Source of the DNA: Pseudomonas aeruginosa PAO1
GTDB taxonomy: Bacteria; Pseudomonadota; Gammaproteobacteria; Pseudomonadales; Pseudomonadaceae
Assembly: GCF_000006765.1 (NCBI RefSeq)
Contig: NC_002516.2
DNA length: 64,000 nucleotides
Reading direction: 5' to 3' (one strand)
The notes beneath the pieces are model-generated. The model saw only the letters and a program-made list of their open reading frames with translations, made no database searches and was not told the DNA's origin. Position numbers and translations under genes: made by a program. Numbering within the stretch: position 1 is the stretch's first letter; each line of letters starts with the position of its first letter. Of this stretch, positions 18,125 to 28,531 are shown piece by piece.

Positions 18125-19018
18125 TCAGTGGCGGGTCTCGGAAGGCCCCTGGCTGCCAGCGCCAGCGAACAACTGGGCGACGTCGGAGGCGTCGAACAGG
18201 TAGCGCTGGTTGCAGAACTGGCAGTCGATGCTGATCGAGCCTTCTTCCTCCTCGAGCAGCCGCTCGCAGTCGGCCTGCCCGAGACTGACCAGGGCGTTGG
18301 CCGAACGTTCCCGCGAGCAACTGCAATGGAAGACCAGCGGTTGCGGCTCGAACAGGCGCACGGTTTCCTCGTGGTAGAGGCGGTGCAGGACGGTCTCGTT
18401 GTCCAGCGCCAGCAGCTCTTCGGCGGTCAGCGTGTCGGCCAGGGTGGTCAGGTGCTGCCAACTGGCCTCGCGGGCCTCGGGGTCCTTCAGGCGGTCGGCG
18501 GGAAGCTGCTGCAGCAGCAGGCCGCGGGCACGGCGGCCGTTGGCGTTGAGCCAGAAACGGGTCGGCAGCTGTTCCGAGCTGGCGAAGTAGTTGGACAGGC
18601 ATTCCGCCAGGTTCACCCCCTCCAGGGCGACGATCCCCTGGTAGCGCTGGCCCTTGACCGGGTCCACGGTGAGGGTCAGCACGCCTTCGGGCATCAGTTC
18701 CTGCATGCCGGCGTCGGCGCCGATGGACTCCGCCGAATAGCGGGCCAGGCCACGCACCTGGCGGTCGCTGGAACACTCCACCATCAACAGCGGAACCGCG
18801 CCGCTGGAGCGCGCCTGCAATACCAGCAGGCCGTCGAACTTGAGCGTGCCGCAGAGCAGCGAGGCCGCCGCGAGCATCTCCCCGAGCAGCTGCGCGACCG
18901 GTTCCGGATAGGGATGTTTGGCCAGCACTTCGCTGTAGCTGCGCTCGAGATCGACCATCTCGCCGCGCACGTCGGTATCGTCGAAAAGGAAACGCTGGCT
19001 CTGATCTGAATGGGACAT
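18125..19018 (-). CDS. hslO: Redox-regulated chaperone Hsp33, 297 aa
   Basis: CSCSRER and CQFC zinc motifs; start [12 protein letters not shown]. Confidence 0.95.
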   Translation of the reverse strand: MSHSDQSQRFLFDDTDVRGEMVDLERSYSEVLAKHPYPEPVAQLLGEMLAAASLLCGTLKFDGLLVLQARSSGAVPLLMVECSSDRQVRGLARYSAESIGADAGMQELMPEGVLTLTVDPVKGQRYQGIVALEGVNLAECLSNYFASSEQLPTRFWLNANGRRARGLLLQQLPADRLKDPEAREASWQHLTTLADTLTAEELLALDNETVLHRLYHEETVRLFEPQPLVFHCSCSRERSANALVSLGQADCERLLEEEEGSISIDCQFCNQRYLFDASDVAQLFAGAGSQGPSETRH

Positions 19019-19130
19019 GCGGGACACAACGCTACGAATGAGGGAATGACAAGTGAGTGACAAAGGCCTATAAAAGCGCGCTTCGTGACAGTCGTACGCC
19101 GACCCGGCGCCGATAGGGGGAAACGATTTT

Positions 19131-19934
19131 ATGGATAATGCCTCTCCGTTCCAAGCGGCCTGGCAATGGCGCAAGTTCGCCATCTGTCATCTTCTGGCGC
19201 TCCTGCTGCTGATCCTGTGGCTCTGGGGCCCCACCCGCGAGCTGATGAACGGCTTCGACTTCTGGCTCTTCGACAAGCTCAACGGCTCCCTCGCCCTCAA
19301 CGAAACCTGGCTGAAACTCTGGGGCCTGCTCAGTACCCGACCGTTCGACGCGGTGGTCGGGGTGATCCTGCTCTGCCTGCTGATTCGCGGCGACTGGCTG
19401 CTGCCGGCGAACCAGGTACGGCGGCTGACCTTCGGCTTCATCGTGACCCTGCTGATCCTGGTGGTGATCCGCGTGCTCTACGCCAAGATCGCCCACCACC
19501 TGCACTGGCAGCACGCCAGCCTGTCGATGCTGATGGACAAGGCCATCCACCTCAGCGACCACTTCCCGGACTGGGAACGCGTGTGGGAAATCAAGGACCG
19601 CTCCAAGCGCAGCTTCCCCGGCGACCACGCCTCGGTGCTGCTGGTCTGGGCGCTGTTCATGTCGCTGTTCGCCCGCCGCGCCGGGCAGTTCCTGCTGATC
19701 TGGACCCTGGCCGTGCTGTTCATGCTGCCGCGCCTGGTAGCCGGCGCGCACTGGGGCCAGGACGACTACATCGGCGGCCTGCAGATGGCCCTGCTGGCCC
19801 TCGCCTGGGGCTGCTACACACCGCTGGCGGCGAAGGCCAGCGGCTGGCTGGTGCAGGTGACCGAACCGCTGTTCCGCCTGCTGGCGAAATTGCCGCTGAT
19901 CGGCCGCCTCGGCGTGGTCCGCGACTCGGCCTGA
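19131..19934 (+). CDS. lpxT: PAP2-family membrane phosphotransferase, lipid A kinase LpxT-like, 267 aa
   Basis: Multiple TM helices; [14 protein letters not shown] and PRLVAGAHW motifs. Confidence 0.8.
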   Translation: MDNASPFQAAWQWRKFAICHLLALLLLILWLWGPTRELMNGFDFWLFDKLNGSLALNETWLKLWGLLSTRPFDAVVGVILLCLLIRGDWLLPANQVRRLTFGFIVTLLILVVIRVLYAKIAHHLHWQHASLSMLMDKAIHLSDHFPDWERVWEIKDRSKRSFPGDHASVLLVWALFMSLFARRAGQFLLIWTLAVLFMLPRLVAGAHWGQDDYIGGLQMALLALAWGCYTPLAAKASGWLVQVTEPLFRLLAKLPLIGRLGVVRDSA

Positions 19935-19971
19935 GGCCATCCCGGTCTCCCCTGCGGGAGATCGGCGCTTC

Positions 19972-20373
19972 TCAGTCCTGGCCGCCGCGCAACTGGTGGA
20001 TCTGCCGCCGCTGCTTCTTGCTCGGCCGCCCCTCGGTCTGTACGCCCAGCGCCCCGGCCTTGCGCATGGCCGCCGCGCGCTCGCGGCTTTCCACGCTGTC
20101 CGCGGTTTCCTCGTAGAGAGCCTGGGCCTCCTGCGCGCCACGACGGACTACGGCAAGCGCGCGAATGGTCACGGTTCGCTCGTCGAAGCCCGTACGAATG
20201 GTCAACTCCTCCCCTACCCTGGGTTCCTTGCTCGGCTTGCACCGCTCGCCCCGGCAATGCACCTTGCCGCCCTCTATCGCGGCCTTGGCCAGCGCCCGGG
20301 TCTTGAAGAAGCGCGCCGCCCAGAGCCACTTGTCCAGGCGCACCTTGTCGTCGTCTTTCTCGCTCACTGGCAT
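19972..20373 (-). CDS. hslR: Ribosome-associated heat shock protein Hsp15, ~133 aa
   Basis: VRLDKWLWAARFFKTR S4 domain; GRPSKKQRR. Confidence 0.93.
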   Translation of the reverse strand: MPVSEKDDDKVRLDKWLWAARFFKTRALAKAAIEGGKVHCRGERCKPSKEPRVGEELTIRTGFDERTVTIRALAVVRRGAQEAQALYEETADSVESRERAAAMRKAGALGVQTEGRPSKKQRRQIHQLRGGQD

Positions 20374-20480
20374 TTCCCGTATTCGTTCCGCCGCTGTCTC
20401 GCGACTGTCATCGACAGCCGCTAGGTTCGTCTTCGGCATCCTCGGGCAGCCGCCTGGCGGCCGCCCATAGCCCTGCTAGA

Positions 20481-21011
20481 ATGCCGGCAAAACGCCTGGA
20501 ATGCCTACCCGTGAAGACATTCGACCAGCTTTCCGTCATCGGTCTGCGCGAGTGGATCGCCTTTCCCGAACTGGGCATGGTCGGGCTGCGCGCGAAGATC
20601 GACACCGGCGCCAGCACCTCCAGCCTGCATGCCTCGGACATCGTTCCCTTCGAGCGCGACGGCGAGAAGTGGGTGCGCTTCACCGCCCACCTCGGCACGC
20701 TGGTGCAGCGCCGGCACCGTTGCGAAGCGCCGATGGTCGCGCGCAAGAGCATTCGCAGCTCCAACGGCCAGGCCCAGACCCGCTACGTGATCCGCACCAC
20801 CCTGGCGCTGGGCGATCGCATGTGGCCGGTAGAGTTCACCCTGGCCTGCCGCAAGTCCATGCGCTATCGCGTGCTGCTCGGCTCCAAGGCGCTGATCGCC
20901 GGGCAACTGGTGGTCAACCCGGCCCTGGCCTACGTCCAGGATCGTCCCGAGTCGCCGGCCGCCCTGCCCGCGGCGACGAGCATCGACCTGCTCGACGGGA
21001 GCCCGGTTTGA
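20481..21011 (+). CDS. rimB: Retropepsin-like RimB protease
   Basis: AKIDTGASTSSLHA; RKSMRYRVLLG; directly upstream of rimK; start uncertain. Confidence 0.8.
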   Translation: MPAKRLECLPVKTFDQLSVIGLREWIAFPELGMVGLRAKIDTGASTSSLHASDIVPFERDGEKWVRFTAHLGTLVQRRHRCEAPMVARKSIRSSNGQAQTRYVIRTTLALGDRMWPVEFTLACRKSMRYRVLLGSKALIAGQLVVNPALAYVQDRPESPAALPAATSIDLLDGSPV

Positions 21012-21142
21012 GCCATTCGCCGGCAGCACCTGTCCAACCTCCATCCATTCCCGAAACGGCCGGTCCGATGCCTGCCGCGACGACAACCCACAGCTTCGCC
21101 GCCGCTGCCCGCCAGCCGGTCCAACCCATCCACAGGTGCTGA

Positions 21143-22048
21143 ATGAAAATCGCCGTGCTGTCGCGCAATCCCCGGCTCTACTCGACCCGTCGCCTGGTGG
21201 AGGCCGGGCGGGAGCGCGGCCATGAAATGGTGGTCATCGATACGCTGCGCGCCTACATGAACATCGCCAGCCACAAGCCGCAGATCCACTACCGGGGACA
21301 ACCGCTGGAGGGCTTCGACGCGGTGATCCCGCGCATCGGCGCCTCGGTGACCTTCTACGGCTGCGCGGTATTGCGCCAGTTCGAGATGATGGGCGTGTTC
21401 CCGCTCAACGAGTCGGTCGCCATCGCTCGCTCGCGGGACAAGCTGCGCTCGCTGCAACTGCTCTCGCGCAAGGGCATCGGCCTGCCGGTGACCGGCTTCG
21501 CTCATTCCCCGGATGATGTCCCGGACCTGATCGAGATGGTCGGAGGCGCACCGCTGGTGATCAAGCTGCTGGAGGGCACCCAGGGCATCGGCGTGGTCCT
21601 CTGCGAAACCGAGAAGGCCGCCGAATCGGTGCTCGAGGCTTTCATGGGGCTCAAGCACAACATCATGGTCCAGGAGTACATAAAGGAAGCCGGCGGCGCC
21701 GACATCCGCTGCTTCGTGGTCGGCGACAAGGTGATCGCCTCGATGAAGCGCCAGGCAGCGCCCGGCGAGTTCCGCTCCAACCTGCACCGAGGCGGCAGCG
21801 CCAGCCTGATCAAGATCACCCCGGAAGAACGCATGACCGCCATCCGCGCCGCCCGCGTGATGGGCCTGAACGTCGCCGGGGTGGACATCCTGCGCTCCAA
21901 CCATGGTCCGCTGGTAATGGAGGTGAACTCCTCGCCGGGCCTGGAAGGTATCGAATCCACCACCGGCAAGGACATCGCCGGGATCATCATCCAGTACCTG
22001 GAAAAGAACGGCGGCCCCCACCTGGCCAGGACGAAGGGAAAGGGGTGA
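21143..22048 (+). CDS. rimK: Ribosomal protein S6 glutamate ligase RimK, 301 aa
   Basis: [18 protein letters not shown]; ATP-grasp [23 protein letters not shown]. Confidence 0.96.
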
Positions 22049-22057
22049 GCCGGACCA

Positions 22058-22075
22058 GACAACGCATGCGTTGTC
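22058..22075. repeat. Perfect 18-bp palindrome
   Basis: GACAACGCATGCGTTGTC, flanked by GCCGG/CCGGC, just after the rimK stop. Confidence 0.85.
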
Positions 22076-22238
22076 CCGGCCCATCGGACGCACCGCATTA
22101 CGCTGGCGATCCCGGCCTCGACAGAAGGTCCATGCCACGCTTGAATGAAGCATCGCCGCAACCGATGCCGGAAACCCCGCCGAACCCTGGGCTATTCCGG
22201 CACTCGAATCCTTTCCTGACGCTTCACGGAATCGCCGC

Positions 22239-23162
22239 ATGACCTCTCGTCCCTCCTCCGACCAGACTTGGCAGCCCATCGACGGCCGGGTGGCGCTGAT
22301 CGCGCCAGCCTCGGCCATCGCCACCGACGTGCTGGAGGCGACCCTGCGGCAACTGGAAGTGCACGGCGTGGACTACCATCTCGGCCGCCACGTCGAAGCC
22401 CGCTACCGCTACCTCGCCGGGACGGTCGAGCAGCGCCTGGAAGACCTGCACAACGCCTTCGACATGCCGGACATCACCGCGGTCTGGTGCCTGCGCGGCG
22501 GCTACGGCTGCGGCCAGTTGCTGCCGGGCCTGGACTGGGGGCGCCTGCAGGCGGCCTCTCCGCGGCCACTGATCGGTTTCTCCGACATCTCGGTGTTGCT
22601 CAGCGCTTTCCACCGCCACGGCCTGCCTGCGATCCACGGCCCGGTGGCCACCGGACTCGGTCTGTCGCCGCTGAGCGCCCCCCGCGAGCAGCAGGAGCGG
22701 CTAGCCTCTCTGGCCTCGGTCAGCCGCTTGCTGGCCGGAATCGACCATGAACTCCCGGTGCAGCACCTCGGCGGACACAAGCAACGCGTCGAAGGCGCGC
22801 TGATCGGCGGCAACCTCACCGCCCTGGCCTGCATGGCCGGCACACTCGGCGGCCTGCACGCCCCGGCGGGGTCGATCCTGGTCCTGGAGGACGTCGGCGA
22901 ACCCTACTACCGCCTGGAGCGCAGCCTCTGGCAATTGCTCGAAAGCATCGACGCGCGCCAGCTCGGCGCGATCTGCCTGGGCTCGTTCACCGATTGCCCG
23001 CGCAAGGAAGTCGCCCACAGCCTGGAGCGGATCTTCGGCGAATACGCCGCCGCCATCGAGGTGCCGCTCTACCACCACCTGCCCAGCGGGCATGGTGCGC
23101 AGAACCGAGCCTGGCCTTACGGGAAGACCGCGGTGCTCGAGGGAAACCGGTTGCGCTGGTAG
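22239..23162 (+). CDS. ldcA: Muramoyltetrapeptide LD-carboxypeptidase (S66), 307 aa
   Basis: RGGYG, IGFSDIS (Ser nucleophile), GGNL, LEDVGE, GHG. Confidence 0.93.
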   Translation: MTSRPSSDQTWQPIDGRVALIAPASAIATDVLEATLRQLEVHGVDYHLGRHVEARYRYLAGTVEQRLEDLHNAFDMPDITAVWCLRGGYGCGQLLPGLDWGRLQAASPRPLIGFSDISVLLSAFHRHGLPAIHGPVATGLGLSPLSAPREQQERLASLASVSRLLAGIDHELPVQHLGGHKQRVEGALIGGNLTALACMAGTLGGLHAPAGSILVLEDVGEPYYRLERSLWQLLESIDARQLGAICLGSFTDCPRKEVAHSLERIFGEYAAAIEVPLYHHLPSGHGAQNRAWPYGKTAVLEGNRLRW

Positions 23163-23238
23163 GGACGGGGCGCGCCCTTCTCCGTAAGCACGAGAGGGGG
23201 CGGGAAGTGCCGCTGGAACGGCACAAACCCGTCGGGTA

Positions 23239-24558
23239 TCAGGCCGCGCCGCGCGGCAGCAGCAACCCCAGCGGCAGGCAGACCCGCGCTTCGAGGCCGC
23301 CGCCATCGCGGTTGCGCAGTTCGACGCTGCCGCCGTGCTGGGCGGCGATGCGCTTGACGATCGCCAGGCCGAGGCCGGTGCCCTTGCCGCCACGCGCCTT
23401 GTCGCCACGGATGAAGGGATTGAAGATGCTGTCCACTTCCGCGGGATCGATGCCCTGGCCGCGATCGAGCACGCTCAGCACCACGTAGGGCGCCGCGCTT
23501 TCGCCGGCCACGTAGCTGGCCACCTCCACCGAACCGCCGCCGTGGTTCAGGGCATTGTCGATCAGGTTGCCCAGCAGACGCTTCATCGACACACGCCGCA
23601 ACGGCATCGCCGGTACCGGTTGCAAGGCCATGCGCACCTGCTCGCGAGTCTGGTTGAACGGCGCCACGACCTCGCGCACCAGGTCGGTCAGGTCGCCCTC
23701 CTCCACCGGCTCGTCGCGGCCGTCGCGGATGAAGGCGAGGAACTGGTCGAGGATCGCGTCCATGTCCTCGATGTCGCGGATCATGTCCTCGACCATCTCC
23801 CGTTCGCTCTCCGGCAGCAACTCCAGCGACAGGCGCAGGCGCGTCAGCGGGGTGCGCAGGTCGTGGGAGACACCGGCCAACATCAATTCGCGTTCGCGCC
23901 CGCCCTGCTCGATGTCCTCGGCCATCTGGTTGAAGGCGCGATACACCTCGGCCATTTCACTCGGCGTCTCCGGTCCCAGCGGCAGGCGCACGCTGCGCCC
24001 CTGGCCGAACTGGCGGGCGGCGACCACCAGGCGCTTGAGCGGCTGGCTGAGCTGGCGGACGAAGATCCAGGCGGCGGCGGTGGAGAGCAGGCCGATGCCG
24101 AGGAACCAGCCGAGCACGCTCCAGATCCGTTGGCCACGCAAGGGATGCGGATACAGCGGCACCGCCAGCCAGCCTTCGCCGAGGCTCGGTGCGCGCACCC
24201 AGAGCTGCGACGGCTGGTGGATACGCAGGCGGGTCTCGGTGTCCGGCCCCAGCTCCATCTGCATCTGCCGCTGGAAGATTTCTGTGTACGGCCAGTGCTG
24301 CTCGCCGGGCTGGTCGGCGCTGCTCGGCACCCAGCGCAGGCCGGAAGCCTTGGCGATGGCCGCGCGCGACTCCTCGTCGGCAGCCCAGAACGCGCGGATG
24401 GTCAGCGCCGCGCCGTGGCTGTACTGGCGGTCGACGATCACGTCCTCGTTCATCAGCAGGTAGACCAGGGTCAGCGCCTTGGAGAACAGCACGACGATCA
24501 GCACCAGCCAGAGGGTGCGGGCGAAGAAGCTTTGCGGGAACCAGAGCGGCGTTTTCAT
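23239..24558 (-). CDS. amgS: EnvZ-like sensor kinase AmgS, 439 aa
   Basis: Two TMs, HAMP, SHDLRTPL H-box, N/G1/G2 boxes. Confidence 0.92.
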   Translation of the reverse strand: MKTPLWFPQSFFARTLWLVLIVVLFSKALTLVYLLMNEDVIVDRQYSHGAALTIRAFWAADEESRAAIAKASGLRWVPSSADQPGEQHWPYTEIFQRQMQMELGPDTETRLRIHQPSQLWVRAPSLGEGWLAVPLYPHPLRGQRIWSVLGWFLGIGLLSTAAAWIFVRQLSQPLKRLVVAARQFGQGRSVRLPLGPETPSEMAEVYRAFNQMAEDIEQGGRERELMLAGVSHDLRTPLTRLRLSLELLPESEREMVEDMIRDIEDMDAILDQFLAFIRDGRDEPVEEGDLTDLVREVVAPFNQTREQVRMALQPVPAMPLRRVSMKRLLGNLIDNALNHGGGSVEVASYVAGESAAPYVVLSVLDRGQGIDPAEVDSIFNPFIRGDKARGGKGTGLGLAIVKRIAAQHGGSVELRNRDGGGLEARVCLPLGLLLPRGAA

Positions 24559-24615
24559 CGATCGGACCGGTTGCGCGCCGGCGGACGGGGCCGACGCCTG
24601 TTGCGGGTAAGACGA

Positions 24616-24645
24616 CGCGGCCGGTGCATCGCTGCACCGGCCGCG
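24616..24645 (-). other. Perfect 13-bp hairpin between amgR and amgS
   Basis: CGCGGCCGGTGCA-tcgc-TGCACCGGCCGCG; no clean U tract. Confidence 0.8.
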
Positions 24646-24652
24646 CGGAGAC

Positions 24653-25396
24653 TCAGGCCTTGCGCGCGTTGCCGTCCGGCACGAACACGTAGCCGACGCC
24701 CCAGACCGTCTGGATATAGCGCGGCTTGGACGGATCCGGCTCGATCAGCCGGCGCAGGCGCGAGATCTGCACGTCGATGGAACGCTCCAGGGCATCCCAC
24801 TCGCGGCCACGGGCGAGGTTCATCAGCTTGTCCCGGGTCAGCGGTTCGCGGGCGTGCTGCACCAGGGCCTTGAGCACGGCGAACTCGCCGGTGGTCAGCA
24901 TGTGTACCTCGTCGCCCTTCTTCAGTTCGCGGGTGGCGAGGAACAGCTGGTAGTCGCCGAAGGTCACCACCTCGTCGGCACCGGCAGGCGCGCCGGGCAC
25001 CAGCGGCGCCTGGCGGCGCAGCACGGCCTTGATCCGCGCCAGCAGTTCGCGCGGGTTGAACGGCTTGGCCAGGTAGTCGTCGGCGCCCAGTTCCAGGCCC
25101 TGGATGCGGCTGCCCTCGTCGCCCTTGGCGGTGAGCATGATGATCGGCACCTGGTTGTTCTGTTCGCGCAGGCGGCGGCAGGCAGTGAGGCCGTCCTCGC
25201 CGGGAAGCATCAGGTCGAGCACAACCAGCTGGAACAGTTCGCGGGATAGAAGGCGATCCATCTGCTCGGTGTTCTCCACCGCGCGGACGCGGTAGCCCTG
25301 CTCGTCGAGGAAACGTTCGAGCAGGCGGCGCAGGCGGGCGTCGTCGTCGACGACGAGGATCTTTTCACCTTCGGCCAGGGCGGCAGGGTTCGACAT
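24653..25396 (-). CDS. amgR: OmpR-family response regulator AmgR, 247 aa
   Basis: Receiver VVDDD, LDLMLPG, AKPF; wHTH RSIDVQISRLRR. Confidence 0.93.
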   Translation of the reverse strand: MSNPAALAEGEKILVVDDDARLRRLLERFLDEQGYRVRAVENTEQMDRLLSRELFQLVVLDLMLPGEDGLTACRRLREQNNQVPIIMLTAKGDEGSRIQGLELGADDYLAKPFNPRELLARIKAVLRRQAPLVPGAPAGADEVVTFGDYQLFLATRELKKGDEVHMLTTGEFAVLKALVQHAREPLTRDKLMNLARGREWDALERSIDVQISRLRRLIEPDPSKPRYIQTVWGVGYVFVPDGNARKA

Positions 25397-25584
25397 AGAA
25401 ACTCCCAGAATGAGTCAGGCGGGCATTATCGCCCAGGTAGCGGCTGGGCCGGACTGTCCATTGTTAGCAGATTTTTCCCCGACCAGCCGCCCTCCAAGGC
25501 GAAACTTGGCAGGTATAATGCGGCGCTTTTGCGGCGGGGCGTTGTCTACACGGCCCGTTTTCGTTCGTTTTACCAGGTGGATCA

Positions 25585-27924
25585 ATGGACAGCATCAACA
25601 CCCGTATCGCCGAAGAGCTCTCCGCACTGCCCTCCGGCCGCGTTCAACCGCAGCAAGTCGCCGCTGCCGTCGCCCTGCTCGACGAAGGCTCCACCGTTCC
25701 CTTCATCGCCCGTTACCGCAAAGAGGTCACCGGCAGCCTCGACGATACCCAGTTGCGCATGCTGGAAGAGCGCCTGCGCTACCTGCGCGAACTGGAAGAA
25801 CGCCGCGGCGCGATCCTCGCCAGCATCGAGGAACAGGGCAAGCTGACCCCCGAACTGGCCCGCGACATCAAGCTCGCCGACACCAAGACCCGTCTCGAAG
25901 ACCTCTACCTGCCTTATAAGCAGAAGCGCCGCACCAAGGGCCAGATCGCCCTGGAAGCCGGCCTCGGCGCGCTGGCCGACGCACTGTTCGACGACCCGAC
26001 CCTGGTCCCGGAAAGCGAGGCCGCGCGTTTCGTCGACGCCGAGAAAGGCTTCGCCGACGTCAAGGCGGTGCTGGAAGGCGCCAAGTACATCCTCATGGAG
26101 CGCTTCGCCGAAGACGCCACGCTGCTCGACAAGCTGCGCGTGTTCATGAAGAACGAAGCGACCCTGACCGCCCGCGTGGTCCCCGGCAAGGAACAGGAAG
26201 GCGCCAAGTTCAGCGACTACTTCGAACACGATGAGCCGCTGAAAAGCGCCCCGTCGCACCGCGCCCTGGCGATCTTCCGCGGACGCAACGAAGGCGTCCT
26301 CAGCGCCTCGCTGAAGGTCGGCGAGGAAGCGCCGGGCACCCTGCACCCATGCGAAGTCATGATCGCCGAGCGCTTCGGCCTGTCCAACCAGGGCCGCGCC
26401 GCCGACAAGTGGCTGGCCGAGGTGGTGCGGTGGACCTGGAAGGTCAAGCTCTATACCCACCTGGAAACCGACCTGTTCGGCGAGCTCCGCGACGGCGCCG
26501 AGGACGAGGCGATCAGCGTGTTCGCGCGCAACCTGCACGACCTGCTGCTGGCCGCCCCGGCCGGCCCGCGTGCCACCCTCGGCCTCGACCCGGGCCTGCG
26601 CACCGGGGTCAAGGTCGCGGTGGTCGACGCCACCGGCAAGCTGCTGGACACCGCCACCGTCTACCCACATGCGCCGAAGAACCAGTGGGACCAGACCCTC
26701 GCCGTGCTCGCCGCGCTGTGCGCCAAGCACCAGGTCGAGCTGATCGCCATCGGCAACGGCACCGCCAGCCGCGAGACCGACAAGCTGGCCGGCGAACTGA
26801 TCAAGAAGTATCCGGGCATGAAGCTGACCAAGATCATGGTCAGCGAAGCCGGCGCATCGGTGTATTCCGCCTCCGAACTGGCGGCGAAGGAGTTCCCCGA
26901 GCTGGACGTGTCCCTGCGCGGCGCCGTATCCATCGCCCGTCGCCTGCAGGACCCGCTGGCGGAGCTGGTGAAGATCGAGCCCAAGTCGATCGGCGTCGGC
27001 CAGTACCAGCACGACGTGTCCCAGCTGAAGCTGGCGCGTAGCCTGGACGCGGTGGTCGAGGATTGCGTGAACGCCGTCGGCGTCGACGTCAACACCGCCT
27101 CCGCCGCCCTGCTGGCACGCATCTCCGGCCTCAACTCGACGCTGGCGCAGAACATCGTCGCGCACCGCGACGCCAACGGAGCGTTCCGCACCCGCGACGA
27201 GCTGAAGAAAGTCAGCCGCCTGGGCGAAAAGACCTTCGAGCAAGCCGCCGGCTTCCTCCGCGTGATGAACGGCGACAACCCGCTGGACGCCTCGGCGGTG
27301 CACCCGGAGACCTATCCGCTGGTGCAGCGCATCGCCGCCGACACCGAGCGCGACATCCGCTCGCTGATCGGCGACTCGGCGTTCCTCAAGCGCCTCGACC
27401 CGAAGAAGTTCACCGACGAGACCTTCGGCCTGCCGACCGTCACCGACATCCTCAAGGAACTCGACAAGCCCGGCCGCGACCCGCGTCCGGAGTTCAAGAC
27501 CGCAGAATTCCAGGAAGGCGTCGAGAGCCTCAAGGACCTCAAGCCGGGCATGGTCCTGGAGGGCGTGGTGACCAACGTCACCAACTTCGGCGCGTTCGTC
27601 GACATCGGCGTCCACCAGGACGGCCTGGTGCACATCTCGGCGCTGTCCGAGAAGTTCGTCAAGGATCCGTACGAAGTGGTCAAGGCCGGCGACATCGTCA
27701 AGGTCAAGGTCATGGAAGTGGACATCCCGCGCAACCGTGTCGGCCTGTCCATGCGCATGAGCGACACCCCCGGCGAGAAGGTCGAAGGCCAGCGCGGCGG
27801 GCGTCCCACCGGCAGCGGCCAGCCGCGCCAGGAGCGTGGCGCCCCGCGCGGACAGAGCGCGCCGCCGGCGAACAACGCCATGGCCGCGCTGTTCGCCAAC
27901 GCCAAGCAACTGAAGAAGAAGTGA
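25585..27924 (+). CDS. tex: Tex transcription accessory protein, 779 aa
   Basis: [12 protein letters not shown], YqgF-like [13 protein letters not shown]-terminal S1 domain. Confidence 0.96.
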   Translation: MDSINTRIAEELSALPSGRVQPQQVAAAVALLDEGSTVPFIARYRKEVTGSLDDTQLRMLEERLRYLRELEERRGAILASIEEQGKLTPELARDIKLADTKTRLEDLYLPYKQKRRTKGQIALEAGLGALADALFDDPTLVPESEAARFVDAEKGFADVKAVLEGAKYILMERFAEDATLLDKLRVFMKNEATLTARVVPGKEQEGAKFSDYFEHDEPLKSAPSHRALAIFRGRNEGVLSASLKVGEEAPGTLHPCEVMIAERFGLSNQGRAADKWLAEVVRWTWKVKLYTHLETDLFGELRDGAEDEAISVFARNLHDLLLAAPAGPRATLGLDPGLRTGVKVAVVDATGKLLDTATVYPHAPKNQWDQTLAVLAALCAKHQVELIAIGNGTASRETDKLAGELIKKYPGMKLTKIMVSEAGASVYSASELAAKEFPELDVSLRGAVSIARRLQDPLAELVKIEPKSIGVGQYQHDVSQLKLARSLDAVVEDCVNAVGVDVNTASAALLARISGLNSTLAQNIVAHRDANGAFRTRDELKKVSRLGEKTFEQAAGFLRVMNGDNPLDASAVHPETYPLVQRIAADTERDIRSLIGDSAFLKRLDPKKFTDETFGLPTVTDILKELDKPGRDPRPEFKTAEFQEGVESLKDLKPGMVLEGVVTNVTNFGAFVDIGVHQDGLVHISALSEKFVKDPYEVVKAGDIVKVKVMEVDIPRNRVGLSMRMSDTPGEKVEGQRGGRPTGSGQPRQERGAPRGQSAPPANNAMAALFANAKQLKKK

Positions 27925-27935
27925 CGGAGCCGTCC

Positions 27936-28325
27936 ATGAGCGAGATGCCCGCCCGCGAGCAGATGATCAGCGCCTACAGCGAACTGGTCGGCCTGGACCC
28001 GGTCAGCCTCGGCGACGGCGTCGCCGAGGTACGCCTGCCGATGGCCGCGCACCTGCGCAACCGCGGCGGGGTCATGCACGGCGGCGCGCTGTTCTCGCTG
28101 ATGGACGTGACCATGGGGCTGGCCTGCTCCAGTTCCCATGGTTTCGACCGCCAGAGCGTCACCCTGGAATGCAAGATCAACTACATCCGCGCCGTCGCCG
28201 ACGGCGAGGTGCGCTGCGTCGCCCGCGTCCTCCATGCCGGGCGCCGCAGCCTGGTGGTGGAAGCCGAGGTGCGGCAAGGCGACAAACTGGTCGCGAAAGG
28301 ACAAGGTACCTTCGCCCAGTTGTAA
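27936..28325 (+). CDS. PaaI-family hotdog thioesterase, 129 aa
   Basis: NRGGVMHGGALFSLMD; GGAG RBS. Confidence 0.88.
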   Translation: MSEMPAREQMISAYSELVGLDPVSLGDGVAEVRLPMAAHLRNRGGVMHGGALFSLMDVTMGLACSSSHGFDRQSVTLECKINYIRAVADGEVRCVARVLHAGRRSLVVEAEVRQGDKLVAKGQGTFAQL

Positions 28326-28531
28326 ACCGGCGCGGCCGCCATGCGGCAGAATGGCGCGCAACGGCGATCCCGATCCGTGCCAGGCGCCCGCCTCGACGGC
28401 TCCCGCCGAAGTCGCGGCGACCGGCCCCAGGACGAAGCGAAAACGCATTTACGTCCTCCCTCTTGTAGACCGCTCGGTCCACCCTCATATTGGGGCGACC
28501 GATCTGGGACGCGATCACAAGGAATCCCGAC

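Noticed and set aside
25582-27909. 775-aa ORF antisense to tex (likewise 40286-43261, 11117-13156, 28181-29965, 58101-60494, 16420-18117 and others)
   Set aside because: They mirror real genes codon for codon; high GC3 removes antisense stops; no motifs or RBS
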